From Verrucomicrobiota bacterium (GTDB lineage: Bacteria > Verrucomicrobiota > Verrucomicrobiia > Limisphaerales > AAA164-E04): DNA of 64,000 nucleotides. The DNA lies in assembly GCA_047947115.1 (NCBI GenBank), contig CP170459.1, positions 2,400,001 through 2,464,000 of the forward strand, given 5' to 3'. This document shows, in pieces, positions 36,616-46,316 of the stretch. Made by a program: the position numbers and the translations under genes. The first letter of the stretch is position 1. Each line of letters starts with the position of its first letter. The notes under the pieces were generated by a model. That model had not been told where the DNA came from and ran no database searches. It worked only from the letters and a program-made list of their open reading frames with translations.

Positions 36616-38955
36616 TTATTGCATGTAAAGGAATTCACTCGAATTCAACAATACCCAGCAGACCTGGGACAGCCCATGCTCGGCTGCCAGGGTTTGGTGT
36701 TCATGGAGCTCTTCTGCTGTCGGGTTGCGTTGCATGGTTCGCTGAAAGGCGGATTGAATGGCCTGCTGCGTGTTATTTGGCCATTGTTGTTCCAGATCCT
36801 GCGCCATTTTTGCTGCCTGACGCAGGACGACGGAGTTGTTCATCAGTGTCAGGGCTTGAAGTGGCGTCGTGGTAATGCTGCGGTTCGGCATCAGGTCACT
36901 GGGACGAGGGCAATCCAATGAATCCATCAAGGGATCGTTGGCGGATTGAACATGAGTTCGGTAAACCGAACGCCGGTTGTAGGTGGCTCCCTGGTGATCT
37001 TTCCAGGTGTAGAAATGCGAATTGTTGACCTTGAGGGTGTAGGATTTGTAACCAGGTCCTTCCATGTCATAATTGATCTCCCCACTCGCCATCAGCATGG
37101 CATCCCGGGCGACTTCGCCTTCAACCCGACGTGGTGAGAATCGCCACAGCCACTGGTTGTCGGCGTCTTTTTTGAGGCCTTTTTCATCGGGTGCCGAGGA
37201 TTGCTGATAGGTGGCGCTGGACATGATCAAACGGTGCATGTGTTTGACGTCCCATCCGCTGCGGATAAATTCCGTGGCCAACCAGTCCAATAGTTCCGGA
37301 TGCGATGGACGTGCTCCGAGCTGACCGAAGTCGTTGGGAGTCGTTACAAGACCGCGTCCAAAGTGATAATGCCAAATGCGATTGGCCATTACGCGTGCCA
37401 GGAGCGGATTGGCCGGATCGGTCACCCAATCCGCGAGCGCTCGGCGACGGGAGGATTCTTTTGCGTTTGGTTGCAATCCAAAATCGTAGTCCAGTTGACG
37501 CAGCATGCTCAGACCGCCCGCGCTGACCGGTTCAAGAGCCTGCTGAACATCCCCTCGGGCGAGCACCTGGGTGACATCCGGTTCGCGAGGGTTGGCGGCG
37601 TAGGACTTTGGTAGTTGTCGGTCGAGTTCCTTTAGTTCTTGTTTCAACGCCTTGATGGCCGCATTCAAGGTTGCATCTTTTTCTTTTTTTTCAGCAGTGC
37701 GTTTTGCCTCGATCGCTTTCAATTCGGATTCAATTGTCCGCCGGGCCCTGGCATAGTTCGCACGTTCCTCGGTGGTCGGGATTGGGCGATCACCATGATG
37801 CGCCCCGTCCAACGCGGCTTTGATACGGTAATAGTCCTTGAGTGGGATGGGATCGTATTTGTGACTGTGACAGCGGGCGCAGTGAATGGTGGTGGCCAGA
37901 AACGTTTGACCGAGTGTGCCGATCATTTCCTCCAGTTCGTCCTCCCTCACTTGTTTGCGACTGATGCGATTGATCTGATTGACCCCGACCTCATCCCATG
38001 GACCCGCAACCAGGAATCCGGTGGCAATGATTCCATCTTGCGTGACCGGTTCCAGTAAATCACCCGCGATCTGTTCCCTGACAAATTGGTCGTAAGGTTT
38101 GTTCTGATTGAAAGAACGGATGACGTAATCCCGATAGCGCCAGGCATTTGGTCGGTGTTTGTCGCGCTCGTATCCCTGGCTTTCGTTGAACCGCGCCACA
38201 TCCAGCCAGTGTCGACCCCAGCGTTCACCGTAATGTGGTGATTGAAGCAATCGTTCAATGACCTGATCGATGGCGGATGGGGAGGTGGTTTTCTCAAATG
38301 ACTGGATGGTTTCCCATGAAGCAGGAAGCCCGGTCAGGTCCAGTGTCATGCGTCGGATGAGCTGGCGTTGTTCGGCTGGTGGATTGAGGTGGAGCCCCTG
38401 CTTTTCAAGTCGATGTTGAATGAATAAATCGACTGGATTTTGCACGCGCCAGTTTTCCCCGGGAGGCGGAGGTGTCGGGGAAATCACGTTCTGGTAGGCC
38501 CAATGACGATACAAGATGGATTCATTGCTGGCGTCAGCAGGCCAGGCGGCACCCTGTTGGATCCACCTTCGCAAGGCCAATCGTTCATCCAGCGAAGGGG
38601 GGGCGCCTTCAGGAGGCATTCGCAGATCCGGATCCTGAGAATTGATGCGCTGAAGGATGGCGCTTTGGTCCGGCTGTTTGACATTGATAACTGGACCGTT
38701 CTTGCCGCCCTTCATTGTTGTGGATTTCAGGTCGAGCCGCAGTCCGCCTTTCTGTTGATCGGGACCATGGCAAGCTATGCATCGGCGGACGAGAAACGGT
38801 TGGATGTGTTGATCAAAGTCGATGGACTCCGTTCGAACCGACGCGAGAGACAGGACGTATCCCATGCAAACCAACAAGGTCCCAAAGTAGCTGGTCGACA
38901 TGAAATGAACTGGATTTGTATGTTGCCTCATCATCAGAATGAGTCCTGCGTGCAA
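36616..38955 (-). CDS. Planctomycete cytochrome c + DUF1549 + DUF1553 (PSD1) domain protein
   Basis: CIACHG...GGLRLD, HWAY, IRRMTLDLTGLP, YGERWGRHWLD, CARCHSHKYDP, ARVMANRIW, HPELLDWLA, TTPLQAL. True start likely 38934 or 38901. Confidence 0.92.
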   Translation of the reverse strand: MHAGLILMMRQHTNPVHFMSTSYFGTLLVCMGYVLSLASVRTESIDFDQHIQPFLVRRCIACHGPDQQKGGLRLDLKSTTMKGGKNGPVINVKQPDQSAILQRINSQDPDLRMPPEGAPPSLDERLALRRWIQQGAAWPADASNESILYRHWAYQNVISPTPPPPGENWRVQNPVDLFIQHRLEKQGLHLNPPAEQRQLIRRMTLDLTGLPASWETIQSFEKTTSPSAIDQVIERLLQSPHYGERWGRHWLDVARFNESQGYERDKHRPNAWRYRDYVIRSFNQNKPYDQFVREQIAGDLLEPVTQDGIIATGFLVAGPWDEVGVNQINRISRKQVREDELEEMIGTLGQTFLATTIHCARCHSHKYDPIPLKDYYRIKAALDGAHHGDRPIPTTEERANYARARRTIESELKAIEAKRTAEKKEKDATLNAAIKALKQELKELDRQLPKSYAANPREPDVTQVLARGDVQQALEPVSAGGLSMLRQLDYDFGLQPNAKESSRRRALADWVTDPANPLLARVMANRIWHYHFGRGLVTTPNDFGQLGARPSHPELLDWLATEFIRSGWDVKHMHRLIMSSATYQQSSAPDEKGLKKDADNQWLWRFSPRRVEGEVARDAMLMASGEINYDMEGPGYKSYTLKVNNSHFYTWKDHQGATYNRRSVYRTHVQSANDPLMDSLDCPRPSDLMPNRSITTTPLQALTLMNNSVVLRQAAKMAQDLEQQWPNNTQQAIQSAFQRTMQRNPTAEELHEHQTLAAEHGLSQVCWVLLNSSEFLYMQ

Positions 38956-39205
38956 ACGGTTGCTATAGACACCCCTGCGTTCAGCTTTGAAATCGGGTAT
39001 GGAGTCACCATAATAACTCCGGCAAAGGATTCAAAAGTTTTTTCAAGGATGCTGTGGCGTTTGCGTAGACCTCCAGAGCGGTGCCGTGATCACCGAATTC
39101 CAGAGAATGGGGGCGCTTGACTTGTTTTGGGACACGTTTTGTTGGCTTTTCATTTTTTGTGGGTGGCTTACATTGGCGGGCATGTATTCGAAGGATGATC
39201 GGTTG

Positions 39206-41005
39206 ATGCCGGTTCGACAGTTTATTTGTTTTCTTTTTTTGGGGGCGGTTCTTTGTCTGCCTCTGGGCTTGTTGGGGCATCCTATTTCCATGAGCACGGC
39301 GGTGGCTGATATTTACGAGGATCATGTTCAGGTGGAATTGCGGATTCTGGCCGAGGATTTGATGTTCTATCAGTCGCTCGAAGCGGATAAGGATCAGGTC
39401 CTTTCCCGGGAAGATCTGTTGAAAGGTGCGGATGCTCATCGTGCTTTTTTAACGAAATACTTTCGGGTGTTAACCAAGGATGGAGCCGTTCTTGAAGGGG
39501 AGTTCACTGAAGTGGATACGGCTGAGATTCCGGAAGAGGGGGTGAGGCTTGATCAGGTGATGGACATCGGCGTGTATTTTCAATATCGGATTGGTTTGAA
39601 CGATCGTCCCGATTTTCTGACGTTTTCCCAGAATTTCGGAGGTGATGATGCTCCGGTGCCGTCCGTGATGGATTTAATCCTTTTGCAAGGAGGAGCGCGG
39701 CTGGATTTTCCAGTGCAGATCGGGCCGCGTTCGCCGCATTCGGTGGCCATTGACTGGGAAAACCCACCGCGGAACGATCGCATGTATTGGCGCGAACGAC
39801 GTGATCTCATGCGTCAACGTCGGGAAGAACTCCTGGGGATCACGAGTTACAGTTCCACTTATGCCTATATTTACGTGGAGCCCCATGAAATCCGTTTCGA
39901 AATCCTGACCCCACTTTTGACTTTGGATACCTGGCTGCCGGTTCAGCGCAAGGAGAAGGATATACTGTCGGTTGAGGAACAGGAACAATTGCAGCTTTCC
40001 CTGGAATCTTTTTTACGTGAGAAGTGCAAAGCGATGGTGGATGGGGTGGAGGTGACGCCCAATTTGTCCCGACTGGATTTCTTTACCCTGGATATCCGGG
40101 ATTTTGCCAAACAAGGCGAGAAGCGTCCGGTGGGCATTCAGAACGGGCGTGCCGGTATGATCCTGAGCTTCAGTACCAAAGGAACCCCTCATGCTGCTTC
40201 CATTGAGTGGAAAATGTTTAATGATTATACGCCTTTATTGAACACGATGGTCTACATTTTTGACGGGAAAGGGGAACGCCACTTTTTTACGGAGAACGAA
40301 CCGGTCTGGACATGGCAGTACGAAGGGGAATTGCCCGGTGCATCGACCTGGTTGAGTCTGCCCAAAGCCCCTGAGCTGCCAATCATGAGGGTATCCATCC
40401 TGGGACTGATCTGTTCCGCTTTGGGGGTGATCGTGCTTTTAGCCGGAGTGGTTCGCATCAGGTTGTGGTGGGTTGCTGGGGGCGTGGGATTCATTCTGGT
40501 TGCCGGCTTGGTCTGGCCCGTCGGTCTAATGGCCATTTTGCATCCCTTTCAAAAGGTGCCGAAAATATCGTTAAAGGATCAATCGATCGTTGCTGAGGCG
40601 TTGTTGAAAAACGTTTATCGAGCGTTTGATTATGCGGAAGACGAAGCGGTTTACGATGCGTTGGAACGCAGTGCCTCGGGTGAGTTTCTTGAATCGCTCT
40701 ATTTGCAGATCAAGAAAGGTCTGGTCATTCAGGATCAGGGTGGGGCGCGTTCGAGAGTCAGAGAGGTGAAGTGGGTGAGCGGTGAATCAGAATCCTATCC
40801 GGAAGACAAAGTGGGCTTTGCTTTGAGGATCCAGTGGGAAGTGACTGGAACCGTGGAGCACTGGGGGCATATTCATACCCGGCAGCATGCTTATCAAGCG
40901 GTTCTGAAAGTTTCCGGCACGGATGGGGAATGGAAAATAATGGATTTACAGGTGGTTTCCGAAGATCAGATCAAGTCGGTGACCGGATTGCGCAATGCTG
41001 CTTGA
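39206..41005 (+). CDS. Hypothetical secreted/membrane protein with duplicated N-terminal domain, two TM helices and a C-terminal NTF2-like domain
   Basis: Signal peptide followed by HPISMS; two similar segments (V..ELRIL...VLSREDL / IRFEIL...ILSVEEQ); TM pair; VTGTVEHWGHIHTR...WKI. Confidence 0.6.
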   Translation: MPVRQFICFLFLGAVLCLPLGLLGHPISMSTAVADIYEDHVQVELRILAEDLMFYQSLEADKDQVLSREDLLKGADAHRAFLTKYFRVLTKDGAVLEGEFTEVDTAEIPEEGVRLDQVMDIGVYFQYRIGLNDRPDFLTFSQNFGGDDAPVPSVMDLILLQGGARLDFPVQIGPRSPHSVAIDWENPPRNDRMYWRERRDLMRQRREELLGITSYSSTYAYIYVEPHEIRFEILTPLLTLDTWLPVQRKEKDILSVEEQEQLQLSLESFLREKCKAMVDGVEVTPNLSRLDFFTLDIRDFAKQGEKRPVGIQNGRAGMILSFSTKGTPHAASIEWKMFNDYTPLLNTMVYIFDGKGERHFFTENEPVWTWQYEGELPGASTWLSLPKAPELPIMRVSILGLICSALGVIVLLAGVVRIRLWWVAGGVGFILVAGLVWPVGLMAILHPFQKVPKISLKDQSIVAEALLKNVYRAFDYAEDEAVYDALERSASGEFLESLYLQIKKGLVIQDQGGARSRVREVKWVSGESESYPEDKVGFALRIQWEVTGTVEHWGHIHTRQHAYQAVLKVSGTDGEWKIMDLQVVSEDQIKSVTGLRNAA

Positions 41006-41054
41006 AATGTTTTTGCTTTTGTAACAAGCGGCTCCATGGGATAAGGATGGCATC

Positions 41055-41717
41055 ATGAGTGGGCGAACGGCCGAAATCAATCGCAAGACGGGTGAAACAA
41101 ACATCCGCTTGAAATTAAATATCGATGGCACAGGGGTATACCGGAACCAAACCGGGATTCCTTTTTTCAACCATATGCTGGACCTGTTTGCGCGGCATGC
41201 CGTGTTGGATCTGGATCTGGAATGCGATGGGGATCTGGATGTGGATGGTCATCACACGGTTGAGGATTGCGGAATTGCCTTGGGAGAGGCTTTTTTGGAA
41301 GCTTTGGGCGATAAGAAAGGGATTCGGCGTTATGGGTTTGGATTTGATCCTAAAAATCCTTTCACCGGAGAAGCGTACGTTCCGATGGACGAATGCCTGG
41401 CCCGTTGTGTGATCGATTTCAGCGGGCGCCCTTATATGGTGTGGAACGGGATGGATGATCTTGGTATGAAATGTATTTCCGTCGAAGAAAAGCATCAGGA
41501 CATGTCATCACGTTTCCGGTTTGGGTTGGCCCGTGAGTTTTTTCAAGGGTTTGCAAATGCTGCCAAATGCAATTTGCATCTGGAGTTGCTTTACGGGGAG
41601 GAGCCGCATCATGTGGTTGAAGTTCTCTTTAAAGCATTCGCCAAAGCCGTCGATTTTGCCTGCTCGCATGATCCCCGTATCATTCATCAAATTCCCAGCA
41701 CCAAGGGAAAGCTTTGA
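41055..41717 (+). CDS. hisB: Imidazoleglycerol-phosphate dehydratase
   Basis: RKTGETNI, TGIPFFNHML, DGHHTVED, PMDE, HHVVE.LFKAF, PSTKG. Confidence 0.96.
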   Translation: MSGRTAEINRKTGETNIRLKLNIDGTGVYRNQTGIPFFNHMLDLFARHAVLDLDLECDGDLDVDGHHTVEDCGIALGEAFLEALGDKKGIRRYGFGFDPKNPFTGEAYVPMDECLARCVIDFSGRPYMVWNGMDDLGMKCISVEEKHQDMSSRFRFGLAREFFQGFANAAKCNLHLELLYGEEPHHVVEVLFKAFAKAVDFACSHDPRIIHQIPSTKGKL

Positions 41718-41758
41718 TTTAGGAGTGAATACTATCACAGCCTGAAACGTCCCATCCA

Positions 41759-42367
41759 ATGTCGGAAAATCAGTCATATGAACATTTCGATGAATCGGAA
41801 GTGGTAACCGCCGCTCAAGCCGGTGACTCTTTGGCTTTTGAAGAGCTGGTTCGCAGGCATGGAGACAAGATTTTTCGTCGTGCCCTCAGCATGCTGAGAG
41901 ATGAGGACACTGCCCTGGATATGGCACAAATGGCCTGGATCAAGGCTTGGAAACGGTTGAAGCAGTTTCAGGGGGACAGCAGTTTTGCGACGTGGATGAC
42001 GCGAGTCACCATCAATGTCTGTCTGGATCATATTCGAAAGATGAAGCGTTGGAAGTTTGCGGAGTCGATCGAGGATCTGGACGAAAACTCGGGAGGCGTT
42101 GAACGGAAGTTGCCGGTGGTGGAAACCAATCCGACCGAGGGATTGGAACGCGAAGAACTGAGAGAAAAGATTGATCAGGCATTGGGACAACTTAGCGAAG
42201 GACACCGTGCCGTCATAGTCATGCATACGTTTGAAGAAATGGCTTACAAGGAAATAGCGGACGCAATGGATTGTTCCATTGGCACTGTCATGTCGCGGCT
42301 CTTTTACGCCAGGCGCAACCTGGCCTCCATTTTGCAACGTATGCTCAACGAGGGGGAAACATCATGA
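41759..42367 (+). CDS. ECF RNA polymerase sigma factor (sigma24/RpoE-like)
   Basis: GDSLAFEELV, FQGDSSFATWMTRVTIN, YKEIA...CSIGTVMSRLFYAR. Confidence 0.93.
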   Translation: MSENQSYEHFDESEVVTAAQAGDSLAFEELVRRHGDKIFRRALSMLRDEDTALDMAQMAWIKAWKRLKQFQGDSSFATWMTRVTINVCLDHIRKMKRWKFAESIEDLDENSGGVERKLPVVETNPTEGLEREELREKIDQALGQLSEGHRAVIVMHTFEEMAYKEIADAMDCSIGTVMSRLFYARRNLASILQRMLNEGETS

Positions 42368-42879
42368 ATGAGGCATTGGCCATTCGGATACAGGCGTATC
42401 TAGACGGAGAACTTTCCCGCGAAGCATCCGAACAATTGCTGGCCGATTTGGACAGCAACGTCGAGGGCAGGGAGCTTTTGGCGGCTTTGCAGGCGGAAAA
42501 CGCGTTATTGAGCAGTGTATCGGAGAAAGAATACCCACTCCCGGTGGTACATGGATATTTTTGGAAAGGTATAGCGGAAGGAATCGCCCGGGAAACCGGT
42601 TCTCAGGGGCTTTCGCACCATCGTCCGGCAGTAGAGCCCTGGAAACGGTGGCTTTCCTGGTTATTGCCTGCGGCTGGGGCTGCCTGCGTGGCTTTGGTAG
42701 GGATTCAACAGGGTTGGATCAACGGGGCATCCGGCAAGATGTCGGGTGATGGGGACCGGTCCAAACTAAGACGCGCCCCCAGTTTCCATGAAGTTGACAG
42801 TCGACAACAGAATGCAGGATTTATTTCCTTCCGGTCTGAATCTGAAGGTGTTTCCGTTGTATGGATCAGTAATGACTGA
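42364..42879 (+). CDS. Putative transmembrane anti-sigma factor
   Basis: ATGA overlap with the sigma gene; IQAYLDGEL anti-sigma-like N-terminus lacking HxxxCxxC; single TM helix. Confidence 0.75.
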   Translation: MNEALAIRIQAYLDGELSREASEQLLADLDSNVEGRELLAALQAENALLSSVSEKEYPLPVVHGYFWKGIAEGIARETGSQGLSHHRPAVEPWKRWLSWLLPAAGAACVALVGIQQGWINGASGKMSGDGDRSKLRRAPSFHEVDSRQQNAGFISFRSESEGVSVVWISND

Positions 42880-42939
42880 AGTTTTACCATTGCCCAACAC
42901 CGGTCTAACCTTTATGACATTTTTAAATTTAATCAATTT

Positions 42940-43461
42940 ATGAATTGGAATCGCCTCTCCATTTGCATAACACGCCGAAGCCTGTCCCTGTGGATGATGG
43001 TGTTGGTCGTTCACTGGTTGACAACGCCGTTTGCCGTTCAGGCAGCCGACCTGGCACTGTCCACCCGTCTGGTTTGGGGGACCAACCGTGAGGCGCCCAA
43101 AGGGGAAGACCTGAAACCTGTTTCACCAAAGCTCAAATCAAAGTTCGTCAACATTTTCAAATGGATGAACTACTATGAGATTTCCAACAAGCAATTCACA
43201 TTTCCCAAGCATGCAGGTAAAAAAACCCGATTAAGTCCCAAGTGTGAAATTATCATGGAAATCATTGAAGATGACACACTGCAGGTGAAAGTCTTTGGTG
43301 AGGATCAGTTGCAACGCACCGTCAAGCACCCTCTGAAACCCATCCTCAAGGATGGAGAATTGTTTGTGGTGGCTGGTGATGACAAGGATAGCTTCGGAGA
43401 CGCCTGGTTTCTTGTGATCGCTCACCCCAATATCGATGAGGAAACCGAAGAGAAGAAGTAA
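42940..43461 (+). CDS. Hypothetical secreted protein
   Basis: Signal peptide ending AVQA; LVWGTN...FKWMNYYEI...LFVVAGD; follows the sigma/anti-sigma pair. Confidence 0.65.
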   Translation: MNWNRLSICITRRSLSLWMMVLVVHWLTTPFAVQAADLALSTRLVWGTNREAPKGEDLKPVSPKLKSKFVNIFKWMNYYEISNKQFTFPKHAGKKTRLSPKCEIIMEIIEDDTLQVKVFGEDQLQRTVKHPLKPILKDGELFVVAGDDKDSFGDAWFLVIAHPNIDEETEEKK

Positions 43462-43652
43462 CCTTTTCTTGCATTCGAAGGCAGCGCTGGGGGTCCTATG
43501 TGAGGCTTTCGCCTTTCCTGCTTTCAGTACGTTTTCAGTTTCCTAAATAATCCTTGGCAATCTGCCCAAGGCCATGGATGATTTGCAGGTAATTTTCACT
43601 TCTTTCAAAAGCTGCTGATGCAGTGCTGAGGTGAATCATTGACAACTTGATC

Positions 43653-44744
43653 ATGGAACTGTCCTATCATTTTAAGAAACACGGATGCTTTCTGTATGCC
43701 GCCTTGATCCTGGCGACGATCGCATGGGCACAAGCTGCTGATACCAACATCCGGCTTGCGACGCAGCCTGGTAAATTAAGGTATGATGTAGAGACCTTTG
43801 CCGTAAAACCCGGGGTGGATGTGGCGTTGACTTTCATCAACAACGACGAGATGCAACACAACCTGCTCATCGTTCAAGGAGAAGAAGGCATCACATTGAA
43901 GGTTGCGCAGAAAGCCTGGGCGATGGGGCCGGGTGCGGCGGATAAACAGTTTGTGCCGGAGATGGAAGGCGTGGTTCTGGTGCACAGCCGAGTGTTGAAT
44001 CCCGGTCAGCAGCAAACGCTTCACTTCAAATCGCCTGACAAACAAGGTGTTTACCCTTATGTATGCACTTTGCCGGGACATGCCTTTTCCATGAAAGGCC
44101 AGATGGTGGTGACAAATAATCCCGAATCTGTCAAAAAAACAGAGGCGAAACCAGATGAGGATCAGGGTGTTGATTTTGTTTTACACCCCCACCACAAACC
44201 GATCATTAAACGTTCTTTCGTTCAGGACGGCCCCCCGCGCGCCATCAATGTTGGTATTCCTGGAGGAATCAATTATTGCTTCGATGCGGAAACTTGCACG
44301 GTGGCCTTCGGCTGGTTTGGGGCTTTTCTGGATATCGGGCCTGATTGGGGGCGCAATGCCAATGAACGCGGCGGTCGCCCTGTGCGCGTTCTTGGGGAGC
44401 GGTTCGATGCAGGACAGCCATTTTTCCCGATTCGTCTTGGCGGAAACAATATTCCGTCGCAGGTGCGCTTTAAAGGTTACCGGTTGAATGGCATGCAGGC
44501 GCCGACTTTGGAGTTCACCGTCAACGGTGCCTGGGTCAAGGAAACCATCACACCGTCCGAAAGGGGAATTGGTTTGAAATACACTTTTGAAATGGATCCC
44601 GGATTAGTGACTCCGGTTTATGTCCATTTGGACCGCAGCGATGCTGAAGTAACCGTTTCTCACGGCAAATGGGAGGGCTCCTGGCTGAAAATAGAGCCAG
44701 AGGATATTGCTTCCTTTTCCCTCACTCGTTTTTATCAACCTTGA
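43653..44744 (+). CDS. Secreted blue-copper (azurin/auracyanin-like cupredoxin) protein with C-terminal beta domain
   Basis: Signal peptide; type-1 Cu ligands MQHN...YPYVCTLPGHAFSMKG. Confidence 0.85.
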   Translation: MELSYHFKKHGCFLYAALILATIAWAQAADTNIRLATQPGKLRYDVETFAVKPGVDVALTFINNDEMQHNLLIVQGEEGITLKVAQKAWAMGPGAADKQFVPEMEGVVLVHSRVLNPGQQQTLHFKSPDKQGVYPYVCTLPGHAFSMKGQMVVTNNPESVKKTEAKPDEDQGVDFVLHPHHKPIIKRSFVQDGPPRAINVGIPGGINYCFDAETCTVAFGWFGAFLDIGPDWGRNANERGGRPVRVLGERFDAGQPFFPIRLGGNNIPSQVRFKGYRLNGMQAPTLEFTVNGAWVKETITPSERGIGLKYTFEMDPGLVTPVYVHLDRSDAEVTVSHGKWEGSWLKIEPEDIASFSLTRFYQP

Positions 44745-44759
44745 TCCACTTTTATCCTC

Positions 44760-46280
44760 ATGATGATTCCAAGTTTAAACAAAACGATCTGGACGAAGTT
44801 AATTTGCTGCCTGTTTCTCGCAGGTTGCTGGGACATGGTTGCCGCCGAGCAAAAGTCTCCTTCCAATATCCCTGCGGGGTACGCCGTTGAAACGGTCGAA
44901 ATCCCGGAAGGTATCACACTTGGTGTGGGCGGTATTGCGTTTGCGTCTGATGGTGCTGTGTTTTTGACTTCCCGGGAAGGACAGGTCTGGCGCCTTCAGG
45001 ATGAAAAGTGGAGTTTGTTCGCTGATGGATTGCATGAGGTGCTTGGAATTTATATCGATCCGGTCACCTCTGAAATCTGGGTCATGCAGCGTCCGGAACT
45101 GACCAAGCTCATTGATGAAGACGGTGACGGTGCTGCCGATGTTTTCCGAACCATCAATGCCGAATGGGGATTGACCGACAATTATCACGAATACGCCTTT
45201 GGAATGGTGCGTGATTCGGAGGGTAATTTTTATGGGACTCTGAATACCAGCCTGAGTTGGGTTGGTTGGGCGGGCAGCTCCAAGTGGGATGTTGGCCGTG
45301 TGCATGATGGCAAAATGGGGCGTGCCGCCAGGTATCGTGGATGGTCCTTTCAAATCACACCCGATGGCCGGTTCGTCCCCTGGTCTTCAGGTATGCGTTC
45401 ACCGGCGGGAATCGGGATGAACAAAATGGAAGAGATTTTTTACACCGACAATCAAGGCGATTGGAATGGATCTTCCACGTTGCAGCATGTGGTCAAAGGG
45501 CGTTTTCACGGCCATCCTTCTTCCCTGATGGATCATCCTGATTTTCAAGGACAGGATCTGAATGCCATTTCGGTGGATGCCTATCGGGAACTTCGCACGC
45601 CTCCTGCTGTTTTCTTCATTCACGGAGATCTGGCCAATTCTCCCGGAGAACCTGTATTCAACGAAACGGGGGGGCAGTTTGGTCCTTTCGAAGATCAGAT
45701 CTTTGTAGGGGATCAGACCCGGTCCAATCTCATGCGCATATATCTGGAGAAAGTGCAGGGTGCATATCAAGGAGCCATATTCAATTTCATCGATCCCATG
45801 CAAAGTGGCATCGTTCGAAATCAATTCGACAAAAACGGGGTGCTTTATGTGGGGCAGACCGGGCGCGGTTGGCGTTCGGTGGGGGACCAGATCTTCGGGC
45901 TTCAGAAAGTCCGCTGGGATCGGCGCACGACCCCTGTGGAAATGCAGTCCATTCGTTTGACAACAACCGGGTTCGAAATCCGTTTCACGCAACCCATGGA
46001 CGAGGCTTTGCTCAAGGATCCGGAAAGTTTCTCGATTCGCCATTGGCATTACCTATACCGCCCCGAATACGGATCTCCAAAGGCGGACCTTACCCAGGTT
46101 GAACCTTCGAACATCCAGGTAACCCATCACGGGATGGGGGTGCGGTTTGAGTTGCCATTGCTCACCGGAAAGGTGTATGAGTTCAAGCTCAATGGGATGC
46201 GTTCTGAATCGGGAGCTGATCTGACCAATCCTATCGGATGGTATACATTGAATCGCTTACGGCTGGATGATCTGCGTTGA
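44760..46280 (+). CDS. Secreted beta-propeller protein (glucose/sorbosone-dehydrogenase-like, PVC/Bacteroidetes type)
   Basis: FADGLHE.LG, QRPELT, DEDGDG.AD, YHEYAFG, GMRSP.G, DNQGDW, FHGHP, GPFEDQIFVGD, YGSP. Confidence 0.75.
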   Translation: MMIPSLNKTIWTKLICCLFLAGCWDMVAAEQKSPSNIPAGYAVETVEIPEGITLGVGGIAFASDGAVFLTSREGQVWRLQDEKWSLFADGLHEVLGIYIDPVTSEIWVMQRPELTKLIDEDGDGAADVFRTINAEWGLTDNYHEYAFGMVRDSEGNFYGTLNTSLSWVGWAGSSKWDVGRVHDGKMGRAARYRGWSFQITPDGRFVPWSSGMRSPAGIGMNKMEEIFYTDNQGDWNGSSTLQHVVKGRFHGHPSSLMDHPDFQGQDLNAISVDAYRELRTPPAVFFIHGDLANSPGEPVFNETGGQFGPFEDQIFVGDQTRSNLMRIYLEKVQGAYQGAIFNFIDPMQSGIVRNQFDKNGVLYVGQTGRGWRSVGDQIFGLQKVRWDRRTTPVEMQSIRLTTTGFEIRFTQPMDEALLKDPESFSIRHWHYLYRPEYGSPKADLTQVEPSNIQVTHHGMGVRFELPLLTGKVYEFKLNGMRSESGADLTNPIGWYTLNRLRLDDLR

Positions 46281-46316
46281 TGCGCTTGTTTCACAGCAGA
46301 AACAAGCGGTTTCTTT

